Shown here one piece after another: positions 29,334 through 39,558 of a DNA stretch of 64,000 nt. The notes beneath the pieces were generated by a model, which saw nothing but the letters and a program-made list of their open reading frames with translations, was not told where the DNA came from and searched no databases. This DNA is from an uncultured Eubacteriales bacterium (GTDB taxonomy: Bacteria > Bacillota > Sulfobacillia > Fermentithermobacillales > Fermentithermobacillaceae): assembly GCA_964406505.1 (NCBI GenBank), contig CAYORX010000003.1:5719-69718 (forward strand), read 5' to 3'. The translations under genes were made by a program, and so were the position numbers. Position 1 is the first letter of the stretch, and each line of letters opens with the position of its first letter.

Positions 29334-30730
29334 GGTTCATCTCCCACGGAACAGACGCTTAGAGTCAATAAAAATTCAATTAACCACTCAAATTCTAGCC
29401 CCCGAGAAGCCTTAACAAGACATGTGTCGCCTGTTTTGATCAGCTGTCTTAGCAAATCAACAGAAGCTTCTTTATCCGGAAACCAAAAAGATGAAGTGTG
29501 TTTTGAACTTTTTGTTTCATCCCAGCCCTGCTTGGTATACTTGCTTAGATTACCAATGGTTACTAAAATATCAGCCTTTTTACCAGCGTAACGTCCGACA
29601 TTAAGGTGGGCTTTTGGTCCATGCTTACCCATTTCGCGAATTTCACCAAGAATAGCAATCTTTCTGTTTTGACCTAAAAAAGAAAGCAAATCCAATGCAG
29701 ATTGCATAGATTTAACACTGGCGTTATAAGCATCGTTTATTATGGTAAAGTGTTTTGTATGTATCACTTCTTGTCTCATAGGACTGGCGGATGATTCCAA
29801 AAGGCCTTTGCTTATTTCTTCGGAAGAAAGACCAAGTTTAAAACCCAATGCTATAGCAGCGGAAGCGTTTTGTACTTGGTGAATACCAGGCATGTTTAGT
29901 TTGAAATCAAATTGGTTTCCATTATAATCGATTTTGAATTGGCTGAACCCATTTCTCGATATTATGACATCAAAAGCCCTACAGTCGGCGTGCTCGTCAA
30001 ACCCATATGTGATTTTGTCGCATTTGGCATGTTCGGATGCTTTTTTGATCAAAGCATTGTCCCAACAAAGCACTGCTAGCCCTTCCGGGGGAAGGCTTTC
30101 AAGAAGTTCCCTTTTAGCTATAGCAATTTGTTTTAAAGAACCCAGAACCCCTATATGCGATGCCGATATATCGGTTAAAACTCCTATCGTTGGTTTTGCA
30201 ATATTGCAAAGTTCTTTAATTTCGCCCCTTGCCCTCATAGCCATTTCGAAAACCGCATAATCATAGTTAGGTCCCATGCCTAACATAGCTAGAGGAAGAC
30301 CTATGTGGGAATTTAGATTGCCAGGATTTTTATATGTTTCAAATTTTTGATTTAGCACATTGCCTATTAAATCTTTGGTGCTTGTTTTTCCTAAACTTCC
30401 AGTAATACCGATCACTGTAGCAGTTGTAGATCTTCGATGGAAAGAAGCTAAGGCACCCAATGCATTGATTGTCGAATCGACCAGTATAAGTCCAAAGGAA
30501 GGATCATTTACTTTAACCTGGCGCTGAATTAGCGCTCCCACTCCACCTTTTGCCACGACATGACCGATAAAATCATGGGCATCTGATTTTTCCCCTTTTA
30601 TGGCACAAAACAAGGATTTGGCGACGTTTTTCCTTGAATCAATTGTGACCTTATGCACTCGGGAAGCAGAACTACCTTGCAGTAATTGCCCGTGCGTAAT
30701 TTCGGCTATTTCGCCTAAAGTGTATTCCAT
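29327..30730 (-). CDS. murF: UDP-MurNAc-tripeptide--D-alanyl-D-alanine ligase
   Basis: Mur ligase P-loop GITGSLGKTST. Positioned after murE. Confidence 0.9.
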   Translation of the reverse strand: MEYTLGEIAEITHGQLLQGSSASRVHKVTIDSRKNVAKSLFCAIKGEKSDAHDFIGHVVAKGGVGALIQRQVKVNDPSFGLILVDSTINALGALASFHRRSTTATVIGITGSLGKTSTKDLIGNVLNQKFETYKNPGNLNSHIGLPLAMLGMGPNYDYAVFEMAMRARGEIKELCNIAKPTIGVLTDISASHIGVLGSLKQIAIAKRELLESLPPEGLAVLCWDNALIKKASEHAKCDKITYGFDEHADCRAFDVIISRNGFSQFKIDYNGNQFDFKLNMPGIHQVQNASAAIALGFKLGLSSEEISKGLLESSASPMRQEVIHTKHFTIINDAYNASVKSMQSALDLLSFLGQNRKIAILGEIREMGKHGPKAHLNVGRYAGKKADILVTIGNLSKYTKQGWDETKSSKHTSSFWFPDKEASVDLLRQLIKTGDTCLVKASRGLEFEWLIEFLLTLSVCSVGDEPC

Positions 30731-30779
30731 GGTTATCTCTCCTATAGAGCATTTCCTTTCTAATTTGCCCTACTCGATA

Positions 30780-32288
30780 TCATCTATATTTTAATGCAAT
30801 CGCTTTACGTGCTTCTTCTGCATCGTCGAAATGTTTTGTTTCTTTTGCAAAAACTTGTTCAGTTTCATGACCTTTTCCGGCAATTACTACGACATCGCCT
30901 TTTTTCGCTAAAAAAATAGCTTTATTTATAGCACTTCTACGATCAGGTATACGCAAGACGGTGAGTCCTAAATTTTGGCTTTGAGTTTTTGAAATCCCCT
31001 GCTCTATTTGATCCAAAATATGATTTGGGTTTTCTGTTCGAGGGTTATCATTCGTTATTATAACTATATCTGCAATAGATCCGGCAATTTGGCCCATAAT
31101 GGGTCGTTTATGTTTGTCTCTGTCCCCACCGCACCCAAATACCCCAATTACACGGTTATTCGATACCATTTTAGCTGTTTTTAGGATGTCTTTTAGACTT
31201 TCAGGGGTGTGAGCATAATCTATCCAAACAGTAAAATCTTGGGGCCCGTGTACCAGTTCAGCCCGCCCCCGAACCCCTTTTAAATTGGCGATTACTTGTA
31301 CAATCGAATCCATAGTCATTCCTAAGCCGAATCCAACAGCGCTAGCAGCAAGAGCATTTTCAATATTGAATGTGCCCGGAAGATTGATTCGAACCTTTTG
31401 TTTTTTTCCATTAAAACATAACATAAATGTGCTCTGGTCCGGATGCGTTATTATGTCACAGGCCCGAACGTTTGCATCAGCAGAAAATCCATATGTAATT
31501 AGTTTTGTTTTTGTGAATGACCTAAAATAATCGTAATGTGGATCATCTTTGTTTAAAACAGCAAACGTAGGATATGATTCATTTTGCGGTTTAGGAAACC
31601 TATTTAGCATTTGAAATAAATTTGCTTTTAAAGCAATGTAATTTTCGAAAGTTTTATGGAAATCTAAATGATCTGTACCTATGTTAGTAAACACCCCAAT
31701 GTCAAATTTAACATGTGAAACTCGCGAAAGGGCTAAAGCATGTGAAGAAACTTCCATTGTTACAGCGGTGCAGTTTGTATCAACCATTTGCCTTTGTAAT
31801 TTAAATAAGTCAGATGATTCGGGAGTGGTACGTTCTCCCGGTACGATCGTATTTCCTAATATATTGTGAACGGTGCCTAGGAGTCCTGTTTTATGCCCTG
31901 ATGCGTCAAGGATTTGTTTTATCATGTGACAAACAGTGGTTTTTCCTTTCGTTCCCGTTACTCCTACGGTTAAAAGATCACTACTAGGATCCCTATAAAA
32001 ATTGCATGCCAGATGAGACAAAGCAAAACGTGAATTTTTTACGATTGCTAAACCTTTATCGATTGGCACAGACACGTGTTTTTGTGATACAACGCCAGAC
32101 GCCTTATTCAAAAACGCATCTGCGATGAAAGCATGTCCGTCTAGTTCGAAACCTTTAATGGCAACAAATAAATGATTTTCTTTAGCATCACGGGAATCGT
32201 AGGCAATTCCGTTTACTTGACAATCATTTATTAAACGGGCATCTTTTAGCCCGTGTAACAGACAAGATAATCGCATATGGTGCCTCAC
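30780..32288 (-). CDS. murE: UDP-MurNAc-L-Ala-D-Glu--2,6-diaminopimelate (or L-Lys) ligase
   Basis: GVTGTKGKTT P-loop and a C-terminal DNPRTENP motif. Confidence 0.9.
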   Translation of the reverse strand: MRHHMRLSCLLHGLKDARLINDCQVNGIAYDSRDAKENHLFVAIKGFELDGHAFIADAFLNKASGVVSQKHVSVPIDKGLAIVKNSRFALSHLACNFYRDPSSDLLTVGVTGTKGKTTVCHMIKQILDASGHKTGLLGTVHNILGNTIVPGERTTPESSDLFKLQRQMVDTNCTAVTMEVSSHALALSRVSHVKFDIGVFTNIGTDHLDFHKTFENYIALKANLFQMLNRFPKPQNESYPTFAVLNKDDPHYDYFRSFTKTKLITYGFSADANVRACDIITHPDQSTFMLCFNGKKQKVRINLPGTFNIENALAASAVGFGLGMTMDSIVQVIANLKGVRGRAELVHGPQDFTVWIDYAHTPESLKDILKTAKMVSNNRVIGVFGCGGDRDKHKRPIMGQIAGSIADIVIITNDNPRTENPNHILDQIEQGISKTQSQNLGLTVLRIPDRRSAINKAIFLAKKGDVVVIAGKGHETEQVFAKETKHFDDAEEARKAIALKYR

Positions 32289-32302
32289 ATACTTTCCTGA
32301 TG

Positions 32303-34390
32303 TTACTCTCCAACGTCCATTCTAAATATAGCCTTCATCATAGTTCCCTTCGGAATCAGGGTTCCACCTATTGGATCTTGCCATACACAAAATCCTTTTC
32401 CTTGTGCGCTCAAAGATAATCCGCTTTCGAGTAACTTGGTTCTCGCTTGTGCTAAACCAAGTCCGATTATAAAAGGTACTCTAACCATTCCTTCTGTAGG
32501 CTCATCGGTGTCTTCTGTATATAATATGATATTTGTACCCTTAACTACTTTTGCACCCGCAACCGGGAACTGCGAGGATACTACGCTTCCTATACCCTGT
32601 TTATCACTATTTAATCCAATCTCACGAAGATTGGTTTGCGCCGCAACTATATCTTTACCAACCATATCAGGCACGGTAATAGTTTCGTGCTCGGCTTCAA
32701 TGGCAACATCTTCCTGGGGCGGTATTTCCAAATATCGTAGCACGTCTCTCATTATTGCAGAAAACACAGGAGCAGCTACAATACCACCATAATATTCCCC
32801 TTGCGGCTCGTCAATTGCAACAAGAAGCACTAACTTAGGGTCGTTAGCAGGAGCGAACCCGGCAAAAGATGCTATATATTTGCCTTCAGCTATTCTTCCG
32901 TCAATTACTTTATTTGAAGTTCCCGTTTTACCGGCAAGGCGATATCCAGGGACATAAGCAGCCTTGCCAGTCCCTTCGGAAATCACTCGTTCTAATGCTA
33001 ATCTTAATTCTTCTGCGGTTTTGGTAGAAAGCACTTGTCTTATGGGTTCGTAGGTCTTAGCTTCTATTAAGTCGCCATGGTTATCGGTAATCTCTTTAAC
33101 TAGGTGAGGAACTATTGTGCAACCACCGTTTGCTATAGCGGCTAAAGATGCAGCTATTTGCAAAGGTGTTGTTTGTAATGTTTGGCCATAAGACATGACG
33201 GCGAGGTCTATAGGTTTAGCGCTAGATTCCGGTATTATTATTCCGCTTGCCTCTCCCGGCAGATCCACACCCGTTGTTGATGTTATTCCTAGCAGTTCAA
33301 CATATTTGTAAAAACACTCAATCCCAGTTCTTTGAGCGATTTGAACAAACCCAACGTTACAAGAGTTTTGTATCACTTCATAAAAAGTTTGACTGCCGTG
33401 GCCATCATCTTTGTGACAATGTAAATTATCCGGTCCTACTCGTATGGAACCGCCACAATAGAAAGTATCCGAAGGGTTTACTGCCCCACACTCAAGCGCG
33501 GCTGCCGCCGTAATTGGCTTAAAAGTAGAGCCGGGAGGAAAAGAATCTGAAATCGCAGTAATTCTTCTGTTTGTAGCAGGGTATTCATCATATTTGTTGG
33601 GGTCGTATGTCGGCCGTAGTGCAAGCGCTAATATTTCACCGTTTGAAGGATCCATAGCAATTGCTATGCCTCCTTTCGCGTTACATTCTTGAACTTTTGC
33701 ATCTAATTCCCGTTCGGCAATGAATTGTATTACTTCATCGATGGTGAGTATCAAATTTTTGCCCTGAACTGGAGGAATGTATCCTTTTTGTGATTGAGGA
33801 AGCGCTTCACCTATAGCATCTACTTCAACGGTAAATTTACCGTTAATTCCGCGCAAAATTTTATCATATTCGTATTCTAAACCTTCTAATCCATCGTTAT
33901 CTATTCCTACGATGCCCAGTGTTTGAGCTAACAGTTCGCCTTTAGGCCAAACTCTTAATGACTCTTGCGTGAACCCTATTCCGGGAAGTCTTTCTTGCTT
34001 AATCTTCCGAACTATATCATCAGGAATTTTCCGTTTAATCCATTCGAAGGCAGTATTTCTGGCAAGAATAGCGGCTAACGTATCGTATTTCATTTCTAAA
34101 ATTTCAGACAATACTCTTGCCGTTTCTAAAGGCTCTTCGATTTGAGCCGGTATTGCGTACAATGATTCTACATCTATGCTAAAGGCAAGCTCGTGCCCAT
34201 TTCTATCATAAATAACGCCGCGTCTGGGTTGTATAGGAATATCTTGCATTCTCATATCAAGCGCTTGTTGTCCAAGTTCTTCCGCCCAGATGAATTGAAC
34301 GTATACTAATCGCGTCAACAAAATTGAAAAGCATAATGCAGATATGCCTAAGACTATTCCAACCCTTTTGCGGGCTAAAATTCCACTCAT
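32303..34390 (-). CDS. Class B penicillin-binding protein with C-terminal PASTA domains (SpoVD/FtsI type)
   Basis: Transpeptidase motifs STFK and KTGT, two PASTA repeats, and an N-terminal TM. Confidence 0.9.
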   Translation of the reverse strand: MSGILARKRVGIVLGISALCFSILLTRLVYVQFIWAEELGQQALDMRMQDIPIQPRRGVIYDRNGHELAFSIDVESLYAIPAQIEEPLETARVLSEILEMKYDTLAAILARNTAFEWIKRKIPDDIVRKIKQERLPGIGFTQESLRVWPKGELLAQTLGIVGIDNDGLEGLEYEYDKILRGINGKFTVEVDAIGEALPQSQKGYIPPVQGKNLILTIDEVIQFIAERELDAKVQECNAKGGIAIAMDPSNGEILALALRPTYDPNKYDEYPATNRRITAISDSFPPGSTFKPITAAAALECGAVNPSDTFYCGGSIRVGPDNLHCHKDDGHGSQTFYEVIQNSCNVGFVQIAQRTGIECFYKYVELLGITSTTGVDLPGEASGIIIPESSAKPIDLAVMSYGQTLQTTPLQIAASLAAIANGGCTIVPHLVKEITDNHGDLIEAKTYEPIRQVLSTKTAEELRLALERVISEGTGKAAYVPGYRLAGKTGTSNKVIDGRIAEGKYIASFAGFAPANDPKLVLLVAIDEPQGEYYGGIVAAPVFSAIMRDVLRYLEIPPQEDVAIEAEHETITVPDMVGKDIVAAQTNLREIGLNSDKQGIGSVVSSQFPVAGAKVVKGTNIILYTEDTDEPTEGMVRVPFIIGLGLAQARTKLLESGLSLSAQGKGFCVWQDPIGGTLIPKGTMMKAIFRMDVGE

Positions 34391-34412
34391 AGCCCTGCTC
34401 CTAGGTTAAATT

Positions 34413-34859
34413 TCACCGCCGTTTTTTGGCAACAACTATGCGGTGCTTCATAAACTCAGCTATGCGATCTAGCCACGTATATATGCCTTTCGAAGACTTT
34501 TCGACGGCAAGATGATTTTGGTCTATTGAACCATCGGATCGTTCATGTTCAATATTAATCGCTACGGATCTAACTTGATCAGGTTCTTTCATTCCAAGAT
34601 CGTTCCTTGCTTGGGTTTCTATGTATGTCAATGATTCCATAGATGCCACAGTTCGCTTCAGATTTTCGTTGCGCAATTTCAAGTCTTGTAATTGCGTAGT
34701 AAGTTGCGCTGCTTTTTGATTTAGGCGTGCTATTTTAGCAGGTTGTCCAACTAGAATCACACCAGCAATAACAATTATAGTAAAATATATTATTCCTATT
34801 ACTTCAATAGAAAATGATTTTCCCGTGATGATTCGCACAGTTTTTGTCATAGATTTCAT
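34413..34859 (-). CDS. ftsL: Cell-division protein FtsL
   Basis: 148 aa, single TM plus coiled-coil. Located between rsmH and the pbp gene. Confidence 0.75.
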   Translation of the reverse strand: MKSMTKTVRIITGKSFSIEVIGIIYFTIIVIAGVILVGQPAKIARLNQKAAQLTTQLQDLKLRNENLKRTVASMESLTYIETQARNDLGMKEPDQVRSVAINIEHERSDGSIDQNHLAVEKSSKGIYTWLDRIAEFMKHRIVVAKKRR

Positions 34860-34884
34860 TTCTCCCTATTACACTCATGTTATA

Positions 34885-35790
34885 CTACTTTTGTACTACC
34901 CGTAGTTTGGCGCTACGTGAGCGCGAATTTTTCAAAATTTCTGCTTTAGTTGGCCGAACTACTCTTCTTGTTCTCACCACTCCAATTTTTTTGTCTTCGA
35001 TTTGTTTAAACACTCTTTTTACGATTCTGTCTTCTAAAGAATGATAAGTAATGACAATGAGAACTCCTTTCGGCTCAAGTAAATCAAAACATTTGTAAAG
35101 CGAACATCTTAATTGTGACAATTCATCGTTTGTCGCAATTCTAAGCGCTTGAAAAGTTCTTCGTGCCGGATGGATCGATCCGTACCTTGCCCTAGCAGGT
35201 ATGGCGGACTTGATTATTTCAACGAGTTCTGTGGTTGTTGAAATTTTCTGTTTGGTTTTATACTTGGTTATTGCCCGGGCAATTTGCTTCGCGAAGCGTT
35301 CTTCACCGTATCGTTTAAGGATTCTTTCAATAGTTTTTTCATCTGACTCAGATAGCACATCCCCAGCAGTCTTTTGTTGCATAGGATTCATTCTCATATC
35401 GAGAGGAGCTTCAACCATAAATGAAAAGCCACGATGCGCCTGATCTAATTGTCGCGACGATACGCCTAGATCAAGAAGTATTGCTCCAACCTTTGAGATA
35501 CCAAGGTTTGCCAGATGGTATTGTAATCGTCTGTAGTCATACTTGGCTAGTTGAAACCGACCATTGAACTTAGAAAAGAGACGTTGTTGAGAAACTTCAA
35601 TAGCTTCGTCGTCAACATCAATGCCTAGAACAAAGGTACTTGGATTGGCTGACAAAATTTCCCAGGTATGCCCTCCGTCACCTAACGTACAGTCTACGGC
35701 TATGTTTGTTTTTCTCTTCGGAATAAAAGATAATACTTCATTAGCCATAACCGGTTCATGGTATATTTGCATTTTTGGCTTGGTCATCAT
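34885..35790 (-). CDS. rsmH: 16S rRNA m4C1402 methyltransferase RsmH (MraW)
   Basis: HEPVMANEVL...DCTLGDGGH SAM-binding region. Confidence 0.95.
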   Translation of the reverse strand: MMTKPKMQIYHEPVMANEVLSFIPKRKTNIAVDCTLGDGGHTWEILSANPSTFVLGIDVDDEAIEVSQQRLFSKFNGRFQLAKYDYRRLQYHLANLGISKVGAILLDLGVSSRQLDQAHRGFSFMVEAPLDMRMNPMQQKTAGDVLSESDEKTIERILKRYGEERFAKQIARAITKYKTKQKISTTTELVEIIKSAIPARARYGSIHPARRTFQALRIATNDELSQLRCSLYKCFDLLEPKGVLIVITYHSLEDRIVKRVFKQIEDKKIGVVRTRRVVRPTKAEILKNSRSRSAKLRVVQK

Positions 35791-36227
35791 AGGCCAGCCA
35801 CGCTTTCTGCTAAAATAGAGAAGTCAGCCTCAAGCCCTAGTTTTGTCTTTTCCCAAGCGTGTTTATCCCAAATTTCAATTCTACTTCCTACGCCTAAAAT
35901 AAATACATCCTTTTCCAAACTTGCATACTCACGCAAATTTTGAGGGATTACAACTCTTCCTTGTTTATCCGGTTCCGCTTCAGTAGTGCCAGAAAGAAAA
36001 TATCTGGTGAAATGACGAGCATCTTTTTTATTTATTGGCATAGTTTTGAGTTTTTCCATAACCTGACTCCATTCTTCTTTTGGGTAAACAAAGAGACATT
36101 TGTCCAGACCTCGGGCTATGAAAAAATTGGGCCCTAAGGTTTCTCTGAACTTTATGGGAAGCGCAATTCTGCCCTTATTATCTAGAGTATGGAGATATTC
36201 TCCGACAAAGCCATTTGCAATATTCAC
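35787..36227 (-). CDS. mraZ: Transcriptional regulator MraZ
   Basis: Duplicated SpoVT/AbrB-like halves (GEYLHTLDNKGRIALP and QGRVVIP). The GTG start with a ~146-aa product is preferred over the 195-aa ORF-track call. Confidence 0.85.
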   Translation of the reverse strand: MNIANGFVGEYLHTLDNKGRIALPIKFRETLGPNFFIARGLDKCLFVYPKEEWSQVMEKLKTMPINKKDARHFTRYFLSGTTEAEPDKQGRVVIPQNLREYASLEKDVFILGVGSRIEIWDKHAWEKTKLGLEADFSILAESVAGL

Positions 36228-36427
36228 TTGGCCACTTCTCCCCACTTTTCCCCACTTGAATATCCCTTTCGCCATATATATCGAAAGTTCCTTCAGATTG
36301 ATGAGGGTATTTGCAGGTTTTTTCTTTATTTTGATAATAGAATTTGTAGAAAGCCGAAAAACAAACCCCGCCACTTTGGTGGCGGGTATACGAAAAGATT
36401 TCGGTTGAATATATCACCTTAACCGTG

Positions 36428-36664
36428 TCAATGTATGAAAGATAGTGAAATAATTGAGGCGGCTTCTCTCTTGATAACCAGAGCATTTGCCCCGCATTTC
36501 GGACATTTCAAGATATTGCCGCCTTTTAAAATTTGCTTATTTGATTGAGAATTTTGTTTTTGCACAAGCCCTTGCGTACCACAAGTTAGACAGATATATT
36601 CTATTGTAATTGGTGGGCTTTTCACTCTTTCGAGCCCCCTTAATTTTAATTTGGTTACTACCAC
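36428..36664 (-). CDS. Possible zinc-ribbon mini-protein (CxxC...CxxC)
   Basis: 78 aa with CLTCG and CPKCG pairs. GTG start with no clear SD. It could be a spurious ORF. Confidence 0.2.
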   Translation of the reverse strand: MVVTKLKLRGLERVKSPPITIEYICLTCGTQGLVQKQNSQSNKQILKGGNILKCPKCGANALVIKREAASIISLSFIH

Positions 36665-36750
36665 ACTATATTCGGTTTTGCGCCTTAAACTCCTTTAGTG
36701 ATTGGAAAATTGTACTTAGCGATCGCTTACCTCATATATATTCTATCCTA

Positions 36751-36807
36751 CTAAATAAAGAATAATCGTAAGAACTCGCCCTATATATCGAACTCTTACG
36801 ATTATTT
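36751..36807 (-). terminator. Inverted repeat with U-rich tail, candidate terminator of the epimerase/mutase operon
   Basis: Perfect 13-bp arms AATAATCGTAAGA / TCTTACGATTATT with a 21-nt loop. On the minus strand it is followed by CTTTATTTAG. Confidence 0.35.
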
Positions 36808-36858
36808 GTTTATAATACATCCACATATTACGAATCAGTTGATGAGTTTATTATTTGA

Positions 36859-37263
36859 TTACTTGGGTCTTTCCACCAATTCTATCAGCACTCCAAAAGT
36901 GCTTTTCGGATGTATAAATGCCACTTTTGTACCATGAGCGCCGGGCCTAGGCTGCTTATCAATAAGCCGCAATCCCTGTTTCGCTGCATGCTTTAAGGCA
37001 TCTTCTATGCAGTCAGTTTCAAAAGCAACATGATGAAACCCTTCGCCTCTTCTATCTAGGAATTTAGCTACGGCACTATTTTGGGATGTAGGTTCTAAAA
37101 GTTCTAAGTTTGTTTCCCCAATGGGAAGAAATGCCACTTTAACTTCCTGCGAAGCAACCTCTTCGGTACCACTTACCTTTATATTGAATGCCGATCCAAG
37201 AATATCTATGCATTTTTCTAAATCATTAACCGCAATTCCAAGATGATCAATCTTTTTTAGCAT
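36859..37263 (-). CDS. Methylmalonyl-CoA epimerase (VOC/glyoxalase fold)
   Basis: 134 aa with HLGIAV...GEGFHHVAF motifs. Confidence 0.8.
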   Translation of the reverse strand: MLKKIDHLGIAVNDLEKCIDILGSAFNIKVSGTEEVASQEVKVAFLPIGETNLELLEPTSQNSAVAKFLDRRGEGFHHVAFETDCIEDALKHAAKQGLRLIDKQPRPGAHGTKVAFIHPKSTFGVLIELVERPK

Positions 37264-37297
37264 GCTACTACCTCCCTATTGCGACGTTTATTAGCAT

Positions 37298-38953
37298 TTA
37301 GATGCTTTGACTGGGACGGAACGTCCCAAAAACGCTTCTTAAAACATCGCATATTTCACCTATCGTTGCATAAACTTTAACCGCTTCAAAAATCGGCGGA
37401 ATTAAGTTATCATCACCTTTGGCTGCAGATTCGATTTGCTTAAGAGCCGAGGATACGGCTTTACCATCTCGTCGTAGTTTCAACTTGGTAAACCGTGCAT
37501 TTTGAGATTCACCAATCGCGGGATCCACTTTGAGTAAGTGCTTTAACTGTTCATCTTCAGACTTAAAACAATTGACACCAACTACCATCTGCTCCCTAGA
37601 TTCTACTGCTTTTTGATATCTGTAAGCACTTTCTTGGATTTCCCGCTGCATAAAACCATTTTCGATAGCTTTGACAGCGCCCCCCATGTCGTCAATCTTT
37701 TTGATATATTTAAGAGCCGCTGCTTCAATTTCATCAGTGAGGTTTTCGATAAAATAGCTTCCGCCGAGAGGATCGATACTGTCGGCAATACCTGTTTCAT
37801 GTGCTATAATTTGTTGTGTTCTAAGTGCAGTTCTTACAGACTCTTCGGTAGGTAATGCTAATGCTTCATCTTTTGAATTAGTATGTAAAGATTGAGTTCC
37901 ACCTAAAACAGCAGCTAATGCCTGCATAGTTGTACGAACTATATTATTATCGGGTTGTTGGGCGGTAAGCGAAGAGCCTGCAGTTTGTGTATGGAATCGC
38001 ATACGATATGATTTAGGATTTTTAGCTTGAAATCGTTCCTTCATGATTCTCGCCCAAATCCTTCTGGCAGCCCTAAACTTTGCAATTTCTTCAAAAAAAT
38101 TTATATGACTGTTAAAGAAGAATGACAACCTATCTGCAAATACATCTACATCAAGTCCTTTGTCGATGGCAGCTTGCACATACGCAATACCGTTAGCGAT
38201 TGTAAATGCAATCTCTTGCACCGCAGTGCTACCAGCCTCTCTTATGTGGTAACCGCTTATAGAAATAGTATTCCAGGAAGGAATAGTCTTGGAACAGTAT
38301 TCAAAAATATCTGTTACTAACCGCATAGATGGTTCTGGTGGAAAAATATATGTACCCCGCGCAACATATTCTTTTAAAATATCATTTTGCACCGTACCAC
38401 TAAGTTTGCTTGGGTCAACCCCTTGTTTTTCTCCTACGGCCTGATACATAGCTAGCAAAACGGATGCCGGAGCATTTATGGTCATTGAGGTCGACACTTT
38501 ATTTAGTGGAATTCCGTCAAATACCACTTCCATATCTTCTAGCGAGTCGATCGCCACACCCACCCGGCCAACCTCTCCCTCAGCGAGCGTATGTGCGGAG
38601 TCGTAGCCGATTTGGGTTGGTAGGTCAAAAGCAACGCTTAAGCCCGTTTGGCCTTGATCCAAAAGAAATCTAAATCGTTTATTTGTCTCTTGAGCAGTTC
38701 CGAAACCTGCATATTGACGCATGGTCCATAGACGTCCTCTGTACATTGTTGGCTGAACACCCCGGGTAAAAGGATATTCTCCTGGATACCCTAATTTCTT
38801 CAGATAATCCCAATCTTGAAGCCCTTCTGGTGTATATATACGCTCTATAGGGATACCGGATTCAGTTGCAAATTGTTTGCGTCGTTCAGGGAATCTTTTG
38901 AGAACTTTTGCCAGAGTGCCTTGTTCCCATTTTTCTCTGGCATTTTTAATCAT
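37298..38953 (-). CDS. Methylmalonyl-CoA mutase family, catalytic (N-terminal barrel) subunit with no B12-binding domain
   Basis: [33 protein letters not shown] signature. At 551 aa it ends before any cobalamin-binding domain. Confidence 0.85.
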   Translation of the reverse strand: MIKNAREKWEQGTLAKVLKRFPERRKQFATESGIPIERIYTPEGLQDWDYLKKLGYPGEYPFTRGVQPTMYRGRLWTMRQYAGFGTAQETNKRFRFLLDQGQTGLSVAFDLPTQIGYDSAHTLAEGEVGRVGVAIDSLEDMEVVFDGIPLNKVSTSMTINAPASVLLAMYQAVGEKQGVDPSKLSGTVQNDILKEYVARGTYIFPPEPSMRLVTDIFEYCSKTIPSWNTISISGYHIREAGSTAVQEIAFTIANGIAYVQAAIDKGLDVDVFADRLSFFFNSHINFFEEIAKFRAARRIWARIMKERFQAKNPKSYRMRFHTQTAGSSLTAQQPDNNIVRTTMQALAAVLGGTQSLHTNSKDEALALPTEESVRTALRTQQIIAHETGIADSIDPLGGSYFIENLTDEIEAAALKYIKKIDDMGGAVKAIENGFMQREIQESAYRYQKAVESREQMVVGVNCFKSEDEQLKHLLKVDPAIGESQNARFTKLKLRRDGKAVSSALKQIESAAKGDDNLIPPIFEAVKVYATIGEICDVLRSVFGTFRPSQSI

Positions 38954-39009
38954 GTTTTCACAAACCCCCTAATTTTCATTTATTATGCCTGAACTGATGA
39001 CATCAGATT

Positions 39010-39558
39010 TTATAATTCGTTAGCAGCATGTGTACCGGCAACAAATGCCTTTTTATTAAGTTCCTCTGTTCCTTTTGGTACTCTATCCAACACTGCCGAA
39101 AGAACAGCATCTTTTGGTATAATATCGATGATCTCCGATACAAGCCCAAGAGCTATAATGTTTGCCACAATTTCTCGTCCCAATTCTCTAGCCTTAATGC
39201 TAATCGGATATTCGATGACTGTTAAATTCCTTGCTTCTAAATCCGACTTAGGAATAGGTTTAACATAGGTAGTATCTACTATTATAGTGCCTCCAGATCT
39301 GACTTCGGCCATGTATTTGTCGGCTGCCTCCTGAGCCATTACGACTAATATATCGGGGGTTTCAACTTCTGGATAGTCAATTTCGCTAGATGATATTATT
39401 ACGTCGGCGCGCGAAGCGCCACCTCTTGACTCAGGTCCATAAGACTGGGTTTGTGCCGTATTTAATTTTGTATATTTAGCGCAAGCTTCGGCTAAAATTA
39501 TACCTGCGGTTATAAGCCCTTGTCCGCCTTCACCTGCTAAACGGAGCTCTAATCGCAT
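39010..39558 (-). CDS. 2-oxoacid:ferredoxin oxidoreductase, gamma subunit
   Basis: 182 aa with GEGGQG and the typical gamma fold. Confidence 0.8.
   Translation of the reverse strand: MRLELRLAGEGGQGLITAGIILAEACAKYTKLNTAQTQSYGPESRGGASRADVIISSSEIDYPEVETPDILVVMAQEAADKYMAEVRSGGTIIVDTTYVKPIPKSDLEARNLTVIEYPISIKARELGREIVANIIALGLVSEIIDIIPKDAVLSAVLDRVPKGTEELNKKAFVAGTHAANEL

Noticed and set aside
36178-36486. Overlapping 77-102-aa ORFs on both strands upstream of mraZ
   Set aside because: They mutually overlap, carry no SD and have low-complexity sequences. They are probably artefacts in a regulatory spacer.
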